Positions 26,121-37,554 of a DNA stretch of 47,916 nucleotides are shown here, in pieces (the stretch's first letter is position 1; the number at the start of each line of letters is the position of its first letter). A program made the translations under genes and the position numbers. Source of the stretch: Octopus bimaculoides (taxonomy: Eukaryota); contig NC_068985.1 in assembly GCF_001194135.2 (NCBI RefSeq), forward strand, positions 68,594,587-68,642,502, given 5' to 3'. The notes under the pieces are model-generated. The model saw only the letters and a list, made by a program, of their open reading frames with translations, was not told the DNA's origin and ran no database searches.

Positions 26121-27060
26121 TGATGTGTTGCTTTCTGTCGCTGCTATTATTTGGGTACTTCTTTTCTTCATTTTTGATGCTCTAGTGGACGAGTCACTCT
26201 TTATTCTTTTTCTGGTAACCTAAGTGTACTCTCCCTCGGTATCTGTTGGATCAACTCCGCATTTCTCTTCTGTTTCTGCTGCACTTTCGTGCTCCGTCGT
26301 GACTTCTTCCTCTTTTCCTGGTGCAATTATGGTTTTGGACACATTTATTTGATGTGCCCCTTCTGGCCATATCCATAGCAAGTAAGGTGTCTCTCCTCCA
26401 CTGTACAGTTTGTTTTCTTCTCGTCTGCAATTTGGATAATTTCTGGTAGTTCGCTTATATCAGCCTGCGTTATCTAGACTGTTAGCTGAAGCCCGTAGCC
26501 CACCACTTTAGATTATGAGTTCTTGTCGATTGAATTATGCTTGATTCTTTCTTGGTACTGGATAGGACAGTTGCCGCTACCCATTCCTCCTTCATTTCTG
26601 TAAGAATCCTGCCAACCCTTATCCTAGATACTCTTTTACCTAAATAGGTTGGCAGGAGAAGCCATTCCTCGTTTCCTATGGGTACAGTGGAGTTCTTTAC
26701 TTCATCTTCTGTGGAGGCAAATCTCACCTCCACTGTACCGAATTTCCTTGTACGTGCGTAAAATCTCACCTCTTTTTTTGTGCACTCAAGACACCTTTTT
26801 GTCCTCCACCTTAGCCACTTCTATATACAGGTTGAGAATCCTGTATATGATAGTTTTGTTCATACTTCTGCCAAAAACTCTTCTGCCGAGATCAGCTTTA
26901 CTTTGGCCCCCTCCTTTTCGACGTACTTCTTGTATTTCCGTAGCTTATCGAGAGGTATAATCACCCTTCTCAATTCGAACTACGTTTCATTCTGTGTTCC
27001 CGTTACTGCTATAGTTTCCGTTATTCTTCTCTCTGCTTGCACTAAGCATCTCTGCCTCCA
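26120..27060 (-). pseudogene. ORF1/Gag-like zinc-knuckle protein, copy B1 (C-terminally truncated)
   Basis: RKFGTVEVRFASTEDEVKNSTVPIGNEEWLLLPTYLGKRVSRIRVGRILTEMKEEWVAA; roughly 85% nucleotide identity to B2 by eye over a 166-bp sample. Confidence 0.7.
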
Positions 27061-27397
27061 ATCCGCGCGGGTTGGGTGGGGAAACAAAAAAAAACAAAAC
27101 ACAAGCTTGATTAGCAAGTTATGTACTTCAAAATATGTCAAAAACNNNNNNNNNNNNNNNNNNNNNNNNNNNNNNNNNNNNNNNNNNNNNNNNNNNNNNN
27201 NNNNNNNNNNNNNNNNNNNNNNNNNNNNNNNNNNNNNNNNNNNNNNNNNNNNNNNNNNNNNNNNNNNNNNNNNNNNNNNNNNNNNNNNNNNNNNNNNNNN
27301 NNNNNNNNNNNNNNNNNNNNNNNNNNNNNNNNNNNNNNNNNNNNNNNNNNNNNNNNNNNNNNNNNNNNNNNNNNNNNNNNNNNNNNNNNNNNNNNNN

Positions 27398-28939
27398 AGG
27401 GGATGAACCAGGACAGACGACACAAAGTGGGATATAAAACACAAACGAAAGTATGCAATGTATTTATATAACAGATAAGGGTATAGTGGCTACTCGAGCC
27501 CCATTCTCGAGTAGTATCATTTAACTATTTTTTTCCACCAGTGTTTATCAAATTAAATGTACCTTAATACATCAAATATAGTCTCAGTTGTTTAAATTCC
27601 ATCACAGGAGGTAGAGAATCGTATCTCATCTCCCGCCTTCATGGGTCCACGTCATCGCCAAAGCTTGCTTTTAATTTTGTGTAATCGTTTATGCCTACTA
27701 ATATATTCTCCATGCCCAGTACTCGTAAATCTTCCTCCGCTACAATTCTTTTTTTGCAAAATTTTTGCAATTTTTTTTTCAATGCCTGTGCACGTTTAAT
27801 AGTTCGTCAGATATGCCCTATTTTTATAACTAGCCTTTGATTCTTGTGTGTATGCTTGTGTATACTTAACTGGAGATTCTGGAATGTCTGTGGTTTTGAT
27901 GCGTGTTTGCCGCGATGTGGTAGACTGTCTGGGTTCTTGGATGCTACTTACGTCCTTCTTTTTCTTCTTGTTTGGGTTCTTCGAGGGGAGGGGGGTTAAA
28001 GTCCTTCCTTTTTTCTGTTTTGTACCTCCTCAAATCTCTCATTTCTGCTTTCTACATTTGCTTCTTCCATATTTTCCTCTATTTTCCCATCTTTGTTGTT
28101 ATTTTCTTCTTGTTTCTATTCTATTGGCGTCTGACTGTTAAGAAGGGGCAGCTCGGCATTATGTGCCCCCTATTTCTGCAGTGGTAGCACCACCACTCGT
28201 AGCTTCACATCTTCTGGTAGTTCTATCTCTTCAATAAATTCTTGTAAGTCCAGTGAGGTGGTCTGGATCATAACTTTCAGGCCATTACACCATCAGTTCA
28301 ATCGTTTGGTGCAGCACTACTGGGTCCGCCTTTGTTCCTATTAAGATTACTGCAAGGAACTACATCCAGTTAATCTCAGGGGGCACCATGCCAATCCTCA
28401 CTCTCGCCACTCGTTTCCCGAGTTAGGTTGGGTGGAGTGCCCATTCCTCCGTTTTCAATGTTACAGTGGAGTACTTTACTGCCTTCTCCATAGGAGGAAA
28501 TCGCACCTACACTCAGCTATACTAGATATTTCTATTTCCTTGCTTGTCAGTGATAGAGTTCTATGAACCACTATGTTTTCCTTTTTACTTCTTGCTATAT
28601 CTTCCGGCGGGGTCAATTTTAATCTTGACCCCCTCTCTTTGGATTAATTTCTTGCTGCTTCTTTCTGTTTCAAAGTCCATAGCTACTTCCTTGACTTCCA
28701 GTTGGTTCACAGCAGCTGTTATATTCTCTCGACCTGGTACTGAAGCGTAGCTCCGGCACCTGTTTTCAACTGTTCCATTGCTCACTACAATTTTCGCCCC
28801 CCACCCCTAATGGGAGAGAAAACAAGACAAAGTCAAACAATGTAACAATCAATCAAGAAGGTTTAACGATTCTAAAATTAGGTAACCCCGCTATGGAGGA
28901 CCTGAAACAAAGGACAACTTATGTGAAACGATAATAATT
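27398..28939 (-). mobile_element. ORF1-only non-LTR-like retroelement, divergent family A (3' end lies in a gap)
   Basis: Decayed ORF ~28790-27570 with EKAVKYSTVTLKTEEWALHPT*LGKRVARVRIGMVPPE and an intact knuckle CYHCRNRGHIMPSC (28148-28189). The 3' UTR is homologous to family B (ccttat, tgttttat.tcccactt, gtctgtcct). Confidence 0.65.
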
Positions 28940-29061
28940 CGACAATACGCAAATATTCCGGCTTTACACAGCTCCCCGGCTCTCTCTGCGCTTCTCCATT
29001 TATATTATGGCACAGTCCATTAGGAGCCAGCCAAACATGGGTGTTCTACTCCCACACAACA
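28940..29061 (-). mobile_element. Gypsy 5' LTR, upstream (U3-like) portion
   Basis: Begins TGTTG at 29061 on the minus strand, the inverse of the CAACA end at 24476. Contains TATAAAT and the 34-bp duplicated block. Confidence 0.7.
28998..29004 (-). promoter_or_regulatory. Putative LTR TATA box
   Basis: TATAAAT on the minus strand about 57 nt inside the LTR start. Confidence 0.4.
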
Positions 29062-29429
29062 GTTTGAAAAGTTGCTATTGTTGTACACTAGGTGTGATAT
29101 ATTTGTGTTGCTCCTTCTGCTATTGCAGCTGTCAGAGCTACATGTTGTGGCCATGATTGAAATGAGGACAAGATACTGCGGTGGAATTCTTTAAAAGCAC
29201 TGTTCCAACTGAATTTCACTAAAACACTATAGTCTCCTACCAAATATAATACCACATTAAGGGATATCCAAGCATCAGAAACATATGTCGGACAGATTTA
29301 AATTAAATATACTGTATAATTGATTCTATGATAAAAAAATTGTGTAAATATATTATTCATTTTATTCATTGAATTGTTGCACACAAACGCACATATGCAC
29401 ACACACATGTATGTATATCGAGACAATGG

Positions 29430-29771
29430 TCTAGTACACAGGTTCCTTGTTACGCTGGCTGCTGTTGACTACAGCTTTGAACTGTTTGATCACCCTTCTT
29501 ATTATCCTGGTTTGTCCCCATCTGACTATCATTTGTTCCTCAACGCTTGGGGAACCAGTATAACAATGATGATGACGCCATATCTTCTCTTGTTAACTGT
29601 TTTCAGTAGTCTGATGAATTGTCTTGACCAATGGAATCCAACCACGGCAGCACCAATAAAGAAATGTATATACCACAAGGGTGGGGGACTGTGTCGAAAA
29701 ACAAGTCTCATTTGGTCATCACATTCCATGACAGTAAGTTGGTCAGACTATGAATTTTCAGCCGACCCTCG
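29430..29771 (+). mobile_element. Mariner 3' fragment with terminal TIR
   Basis: FELFDHPSYYPGLSPSDYHLFLN (YSPDL-type motif) and a terminus ...ttttcagccgaccctcg|TA. Confidence 0.75.
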
Positions 29772-30249
29772 TATACATATTGAACACGTATATTTACACA
29801 CACGCGCGCGCACCCACGCACGCACACACATACACATACATGGATACATTTGGAGAAGGTAGTTAGATAACGAAGTAAACAAAGAAGACCGATTGACAAG
29901 CTAGAGATTTGAAGGGGAAGAATATCAAAAACAAAATGTTCAAATTTATGAATAATAAATAGAAATACGTAAAGGATGCTGCAAAATATGATTTAATGAG
30001 GTGAAATGTGTCATGCAATATAGAGGATAAAAAAAAAACGAGAAATGAAGGAAGGTGCAATCTATACATGTCGATGATAGAGGAGGTGAAGAAAACAGAA
30101 GAAAATGAAGCCTTTTGGTGTACTTAAAAAGTATGAATTTACCAATAAATCGATTCTAATGACGATTCATTCACAACACTTTTAACAAGCTAAGGGAAAG
30201 ACAGAATTATTGATAGATATACTGCGATTTTTCCATATTTTGATGAAGA

Positions 30250-30275
30250 GTTTAAACACACGCACACACAGACAT

Positions 30276-30308
<33 letters not shown>

Positions 30309-31000
30309 AACAAACAAATAAACACACACACACACACACATATAATCTACGACCTACAAAAGCCTTTGAAATCTTTCGACTGTTCTAGCTGTTGTGTAAG
30401 GAAGGTGTGAGATGTGAGATGAGTTGCACTGAACATGAACAAGAGGGGTAAGATAGAAGTTAAGTGAAAGATTCTAAATTTGGCAATATCCAAGTAGGGG
30501 GCAGGTCTTCGTAAAAGATGAAAATAAATGACGATGTACACTGCATTCACACGTACCTATATACATAGGTACACGCACGCACAGACACAGAGATACACAC
30601 AAACAGACACACACATGCACACACACACACGTACACACACACACACATACACACACGCACACACACACACCAACACTCATTACACATAAGTAACTTGAAA
30701 AACACTGAGGGATGGAAAAAATGAGGATGAGAAAGACGAAGTTTTAAGGAGCGAGGTTGTTGGTAAGTTGACAAGAATTGTTCGCATGCTGCGTTTTTGC
30801 TGTCTATCACAAAGAAACACTCACACGCACATGCATAATCACGCGTACATACACACGGACAGAAATACGCACATACATACATGTATACCTACCTACCTAC
30901 CTACATACATACATACATACATACATACATACACACATACATACAGATACATACAAACATCCGTCTAATATATGTGTGTATGTGTGTGTATATGTGTGAG
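30250..31000. repeat. Cluster of (CA)n and (ATAC)n microsatellites
   Basis: Runs at about 30250-30340, 30570-30670 and 30860-31000. Confidence 0.85.
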
Positions 31001-32174
31001 ACAATCTTATAACAGTCTGTCTATCTACCACGAAAGATTGTTTTGCTGTCAAAAGCTTTGAAATGTTAAAAATGGAGTGAAAGTTTTCAAATTTACTATA
31101 TTGATGTAACTTTTCACGCTCAATCCGATTTTCTTATTTATTTGTTCCAGAAAAAGTTGTAGGAAAATGTTACAGAGCATTACAGTTTGAGAATTTTCAC
31201 CTAATCAAAAACAGGATTTGGAAGCTAGCATTTTCTGGGTGGTAGCTGTCTATCACAAAATATTTATCACAGTACGACGAAGTAAGTTGTAAAAAGTTCT
31301 GAAGTTTTAATACGTTTTAATGCATAAAATCATGTGAAAGGGTCGAACAGGCATGTAAATACTTTAAAAAGGAAAAATCTCCTCGCTGAATAATTTCTGC
31401 GAAGATTTTGAGAAATCCGTCCTGTTGAAAGGCCAATCCATTGGGGAAGGCATAGTTTGATAAGGAATACAAAAGAAAAAATTACTTAAAATCATTATAC
31501 TTCGAAAGCTGCTCGGTAACGNNNNNNNNNNNNNNNNNNNNNNNNNNNNNNNNNNNNNNNNNNNNNNNNNNNNNNNNNNNNNNNNNNNNNNNNNNNNNNN
31601 NNNNNNNNNNNNNNNNNNNNNNNNNNNNNNNNNNNNNNNNNNNNNNNNNNNNNNNNNNNNNNNNNNNNNNNNNNNNNNNNNNNNNNNNNNNNNNNNNNNN
31701 NNNNNNNNNNNNNNNNNNNNNNNNNNNNNNNNNNNNNNNNNNNNNNNNNNNNNNNNNNNNNNNNNNNNNNNNNNNNNNNNNNNNNNNNNNNNNNNNNNNN
31801 NNNNNNNNNNNNNNNNNNNNNNNNNNNNNNNNNNNNNNNNNNNNNNNNNNNNNNNNNNNNNNNNNNNNNNNNNNNNNNNNNNNNNNNNNNNNNNNNNNNN
31901 NNNNNNNNNNNNNNNNNNNNNNNNNNNNNNNNNNNNNNNNNNNNNNNNNNNNNNNNNNNNNNNNNNNNNNNNNNNNNNNNNNNNNNNNNNNNNNNNNNGC
32001 ATACACACAGTTACATTTATATACCTATGTATGTATGCACGTACGCATGACCATATTTCGATAAACTGATGAAAATATGAAAAGCATAGATGGGGAGGGT
32101 ACTGCCAAACCAAAGCTCATAAAAGTGAAGAAAATCATAATTAAAAATTGAAAGATGACTTCTTACATCACATG

Positions 32175-32383
32175 AGAAATATTCTTTTCTACTCTAGACA
32201 CGAGGCCCGAAATTTTGGAAGAGAGGTCCAGTCGATTAGATCAACTCCAGTACGCAACTGGCACTTCATTTATCGGCCCCGAAATGATGACAGTCAAAGT
32301 CAACGTGGGTGGAATTTGAACTCAGAATTTGAAGTCAAACGAAATACTGCTAAGCATTTCGCCCGGTGTGCTAACTCACCGCC
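32175..32383 (-). mobile_element. tRNA-derived SINE (octopus-type family 2)
   Basis: Reverse complement reads ggcggtgagttagcacaccgggcgaaatgcttagcagtatttcg...ctgagttcaaattccacc...tttcggggccgataaatgaagtgccagtt. Confidence 0.75.
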
Positions 32384-32512
32384 TTACATCATATAACCAA
32401 TGTTAAAGAATGCCTCATGAATTTTCTGCATTGGTTACCTTTATATTCATTTTGAAGAAATAGTTGGAGTGTTGTAATATTTTATGTGTGTTTGTGTGTG
32501 TGTATACACATA

Positions 32513-32660
32513 CTACGAGCTTGTTTCAGTTTCCGTCCACTAACTCCACTCACAACGCTTCGGTCAGCCAGAGGCTATGGCAGAAGACATATACCCAGTG
32601 TGTCACGGAATGGAGTTGAAACCGAAACCATGTGGTTGGGAGGCAAATTCTTACCACGCT
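32513..32660 (-). mobile_element. SINE family 1 copy (5' half)
   Basis: Reverse complement gtggtaagaatttgcctcccaaccacatggtttcgg...gtcttctgccatagcc...gacggaaactgaaac aligns to 2580-2720. Confidence 0.8.
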
Positions 32661-34188
32661 GCTCCGCTGTTATTGTTTTTTTTTCTTTGTTTCTTTCACT
32701 GAAAGATAAAATCGCTTATTCGTTTTCACAGTGGATTAGGTACGTATTTCACATTTCGCAGAAAATTGACATTTCAAATTATCTCTAAAACTCTTCATCG
32801 GGCTTCACAAAATCTGTTCTTATCAATATGTGCAGCGCATATTCTAAAAAGGTAATTTAACTTATTATAGGATCCTCTTTCAATAGATTTCCTACTTTCA
32901 GATCAATTCGACCTGATCCTCAAAATGTTATTGATGCTATTGGTATATCTGTGAAACTTCAGTTTCCTAAAATCCTAAAGTAAGCTTTTTCGTAATCTAT
33001 TTGTAGATTGACTTAATATTCAATTTTATTTTGGAATTCAGGTGGTATGGGTGTCTGTGTGCGCGCGTGTGCGGGGGGGGGGTGTACACAGTTCAAAAAT
33101 ACATTAAAAAACTGAGACAGGGAAAAAACAATAAACACGGTGTATTAGTTTGACATTTTTGATATTTTGAACCTACGCTCTTCTACAGAAGAGAATTAAG
33201 AGAGAAAACAGATGGAGAAGCAAAGAAAAAGTGAGTAGGGAGCGTGTCTGAATTAACGGTTACACATGTTGGATTGACGTGACGGAAAGATGTGGCTGGA
33301 GGCCTGTGTGGTAAGAGAGACAACAGTGACCTGGCTAAAGTGTGTAGATGGAAGCACGTGTGTGTGTGAATGTGCATGTGTCTAAGTGTGAATGGGTGAT
33401 CGCTTTTGCATGTTGGTAAGTACGTATATGAGTATAAAGATCATGTGAGCGTGTGTATATGTATGCATGGCAGCGTGTATGTATGCATGTGTGCGAAGAG
33501 GTACGTGTATGTGTGAAGCGATGTTTGTATATGAAATCCGTGTGTGTGTGGACTGTGTATATACATCTGTTAGAGTGTCTGTTAGACGAAGAAGGTATGT
33601 TGTGGGAGGTGTGGGTGCGTGACTATAGTAATGCTGCTGTACGAGTGAGGAAGGTAGAGGAAGTGTGGTTGCTGATATGTGTGGGGTGGAAACCGCAATA
33701 GATCATCAGTGGAACAATTTATTGGATTCTGCTTCGGAAACCTAACGTTAGGCTCTGTGATTGAATGCAATAAAGTGTTCCCGTGACAGTCTATGGCAGT
33801 TAAGCATCGAAACACACTCAGATTATCCAATGCTATATTCAAAATAATTGCTGTGATGAAGCATAGATAGGAGCTACTAATATATATATATACATTTTTA
33901 TTAATTTTTCAATATATCCGTGTGTGCTTTTACGTTTGTATTCGTTCCCACAGGCACTTTAAAACCGGTGTTGTGTTGATTATGTTCCTTACCTTGACAG
34001 TTTGGGATGACCTAGATGAGATGAGATTAATCGTCCTGTATGTGTGTATTTTACAAGTGTATAATGTAATAATTGAAGTAGAAAAAAGATCAATTTCATA
34101 CACGAACATCTGTTTGTTTATTATATGACAATAAGTGAGCTGTATGTGTTATTTTATATATCAATACAGTAATTACAATTATATAACA

Positions 34189-34311
34189 CACAAGGCTTTG
34201 GTCGGCACGTAGCTGTAATGAAAGAGAATTGACCAACGTGCCGCACGGTAATACCGAACCCAAGGCAACATACTTGGAAAGCAATCTCCTCAACCACACA
34301 GCTACACCTAT
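34189..34311 (-). mobile_element. SINE family 1 copy, degenerate
   Basis: Reverse complement aggtgtagctgtgtggttgaggagattgcttt...gggttcgg...gccgaccaaagccttgtg. Confidence 0.65.
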
Positions 34312-34446
34312 AAAGGAGAGATACATTTTGGATAATATACTCCTTGATACAACATGCTTAACAAAAAGATGAGATGCTTATGGCGAGAAGATCTTTGATT
34401 TTAATATTTAGTCAAGCAATGCAACAACTAACAACGCTACACCATA

Positions 34447-34925
34447 CAGGGCGTCCCAGAATTAACGATCTGTTTCAATGAAATTGAGGAAATACAAAAA
34501 AACTGATAGAAATTTACGTTTATTACCAAAACAAATAGCCTTATAAATCTTACGTCAAACTTTAATAAAAAATTTTCAACATGTCTATCCCTCCATACTT
34601 CAAATCACTCCTTAGCGTTGTGAAACACATTTTGAAGCATTTCGGGTGTGAGTTCCGGCACTGCTAACTGAATGTGTTCTTTAAGGTCAGCTAACCGATT
34701 GCTCCATCTTGGAGATGGTGGTAAAGAAAATGATTGCTGCCAAATTAAAAAGGCTGTCATGGACAAACGAATAAGAGAGGTCCAACAGGAATGAAAATAA
34801 GATTATGAATAATATTCAAAATTTATACACTTTTAAAACATATTAAACATAAACATAATTAAAAGTGGGTTTTAAAAAAATGCATCCGATTTCATTCAAA
34901 TCATAATTAATTCTGGGACACCTTG
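34447..34925 (-). mobile_element. Internally deleted Tc1/mariner-superfamily element (maT/DD37D-like C-terminus)
   Basis: TIRs TA|CAGGGCGTCCCAGAATTAA and TTAATTCTGGGACACCTTG|TA. The minus strand gives LADLKEHIQLAVPELTPEMLQNVFHN..RHVENF. Confidence 0.8.
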
Positions 34926-34939
34926 TATTTACTCGTCCG

Positions 34940-35757
34940 ACTAAACAGGGAAGTGAATACAGGGGCGGAATAGGGGGCTAATTCTAGTGGCGAACTTAGC
35001 TTCCGGAAGTGGTCACGCAGTCAAAATCAAATGACTGTGAGTCACAACAGCAGTTTGTTTTTTAGTATTAACATTTTGCACTATGTAGTTCAGACATCGA
35101 TGACATCGAAAGCAGACATTCTGCCGCCTCATGCTGCGTTGCGCAGGATTGGAAACGTGAAGCATCAACAGAGCACTTCTGAAGAATAGATGAATGGTGT
35201 TGTTGTGCCTTTAACCAGCCGCACACATATGCAGATAGCCCGGTGGTGTCCAGGATGGTAACAGGAAGCATCAACAGGGCGCCGACAAAAAATTAATGTC
35301 CTTCTCATTTCCTCTGCCGAATTGGACAAAAAAGGTTACGCTACTTAAAATGCATCAATAGTGTCAATATTTTATCGTCGGAAAATGGCCTAAAACAAAG
35401 ACAAAAGTCATTGCAGTATACTCAAATCTGATTAATCTGCATTTTTGTGGGCACTTAGTTGGTGTCGGAATTTTTCTTAGTCAACAGCGATTCGAGGAAC
35501 CTGATTAAGGTGTGTTGCAAATTTGGAGGAAAGCGACTGGATTCTCTTCAAGCTACGTACCTTAACGCTGCGAAAGTGCTTATCAAATGCGTTTGTCTGC
35601 CATTGGGGCCGCATTAGCCAAGAGTTTGAAAATTGTTTTTGGCCCATGACACTTTATAGGCTCTATATAATGCATGTGTAAAACTTCATTAAAATCGGTT
35701 GGGTAGATCTCGAGTTTTAACACTACAAACACAGACAGACACACATCCTGTGTTTTG

Positions 35758-35812
<55 letters not shown>
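34940..35812 (+). mobile_element. Possible non-autonomous Helitron/Helentron-like element
   Basis: The 3' part tgcatgtgtaaaacttcattaaaatcggttgggtagatctcgagtttt..acagacagacacaca followed by (CTAT)n resembles DINE-1/Lep1-type ends; the left boundary is uncertain. Confidence 0.35.
35758..35812. repeat. (CTAT)n tetranucleotide microsatellite
   Basis: Perfect run. Confidence 0.95.
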
Positions 35813-35814
<2 letters not shown>

Positions 35815-37554
35815 TGACACACACATACACATAAATTGTAGTTCAAAGAAACATATATATTCACACATACATACATATATATGTGTGTGTATGTGCGTTG
35901 TGTGTTGGGTGTATGTGTGTGTGTGTGTGTGCGTGTTTGTGTGTGTGTGTGTTTTTGTGTGTTTTATTCCTTACACTCTATTNNNNNNNNNNNNNNNNNN
36001 NNNNNNNNNNNNNNNNNNNNNNNNNNNNNNNNNNNNNNNNNNNNNNNNNNNNNNNNNNNNNNNNNNNNNNNNNNNNNNNNNNNNNNNNNNNNNNNNNNNN
36101 NNNNNNNNNNNNNNNNNNNNNNNNNNNNNNNNNNNNNNNNNNNNNNNNNNNNNNNNNNNNNNNNNNNNNNNNNNNNNNNNNNNNNNNNNNNNNNNNNNNN
36201 NNNNNNNNNNNNNNNNNNNNNNNNNNNNNNNNNNNNNNNNNNNNNNNNNNNNNNNNNNNNNNNNNNNNNNNNNNNNNNNNNNNNNNNNNNNNNNNNNNNN
36301 NNNNNNNNNNNNNNNNNNNNNNNNNNNNNNNNNNNNNNNNNNNNNNNNNNNNNNNNNNNNNNNNNNNNNNNNNNNNNNNNNNNNNNNNNNNNTATATATA
36401 TATATGTATATATCATGTAATCATATGCGCCTATCTGTATGGTATATGTTTGCGTATTTGCGTGTCTGTGTGTGAGAATGTGTCTAAATCTACTACAGTG
36501 CAAAATGATGGAAACATGGCACGTGTAAGAATGTGAGTTAACATTACATTCTGCTCTTTACACTTTTGAAAATTTTGAGTGTTATATAATATCACGATTT
36601 GCCTCTTTCCACTAAAAATTCTAGATGTCGGTTGAATATTGTTATAATACTTGGTGTTTCCTTTTGTTGACACGAAGAGACATGAAATTAAAATAAACGC
36701 TTTGTAATTGCAGCGGTCTTCAGTCTCCGTTATAGAACTTTCTCTTTAAGGCCATATTGTGTCCTAATGAACGTCATTCCCAACTCATTTAATTTCCGAC
36801 AACACTTCATTTGAATGGCCTCCAAAATTACTATATTTCATCTCATTAGATGTTTATTCTATGGGCAATGCCTTAAACAAAACTGTCTTTCAAATGAAGC
36901 CAAAAACATTTAATTATCTTTATGATTACCAAAGTTGAAAATGAAGCAGTTAAACGGCGTCGATATTTTTGCGGATACTAACTCTATAACTACCGCTACT
37001 GCTGTTACTATTGCTTATAACAATGACTAAGATGATGATGATTCATCTGCTGCTCGGCTTCTGCAGCATCTACGTTTTCGATTTTAATGCTTCTTAACCT
37101 AATTAACTTAATATTTCGACGGAGCAATGGAATTTCTTTGAGAAGAGAAGAGAAGAGAAGAGAAGAGAAAGGGAGCAGTTGTGATGCGCATACATTTTCA
37201 GGTGTTGTTACTCCAGCCGAATGTCGATATTTTTCGAATCATAGTTTCAATGCATCAGCTTTCTTATCTCTTGTACATTGTAGCTATTACCGAAAAACTT
37301 CTCCTCAGACATTTTATGAGGGAGTTTTATGAGGGAGTTTATGAAGTCGATTACCTGAAGCCCATTATTTGACTGGTACTTTCTTTCATTGTCCATGGAA
37401 TGACATATGCAAACAAATTTTCTGTGTAATTTGAACTCAGAATAAAAATACTGTATTCTATAGCATTTTCGTAGCGCTTTAACTATTCTGCGGATCCCTC
37501 CTGTCACTAAATATAATGCCATTTTATGACAGTCAGTATGTTATCAGCGTGGCT

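Larger units (their letters stand above)
24598..27145 (-). mobile_element. ORF1-only non-LTR-like retroelement, family B (HAL1/Tx1-ORF1-like), with an internal ~1-kb tandem duplication
   Basis: Two ORF1-like copies (~27060-26120 and ~26120-24800) with CCHC knuckles CYGYGQKGHIK*MC (26339-26380) and CYGCGQKEHIKKKS (25356-25397). No RT or endonuclease motifs. The 3' UTR has a hairpin and ends AATAAAGAATT. Confidence 0.65.

Noticed and set aside
25825-27406. Plus-strand ORFs of 103-208 aa in the 25.8-27.4 kb region (likewise 4500-4853, 14551 and 23308)
   Set aside because: Antisense shadows of decayed transposon ORFs on the opposite strand
24566-28973. CRISPR-like or prokaryotic repeat-spacer interpretation of the direct repeats here, at 1924-2038 and at 40054/41962
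   Set aside because: Only 2-4 copies, no regular unique spacers, no cas genes, and a eukaryotic context
33582-33842. Ankyrin-like DCHGNTLLH motif in a minus-strand ORF
   Set aside because: Single isolated motif with no helix pattern or neighbouring repeats; the frame runs into low-complexity sequence
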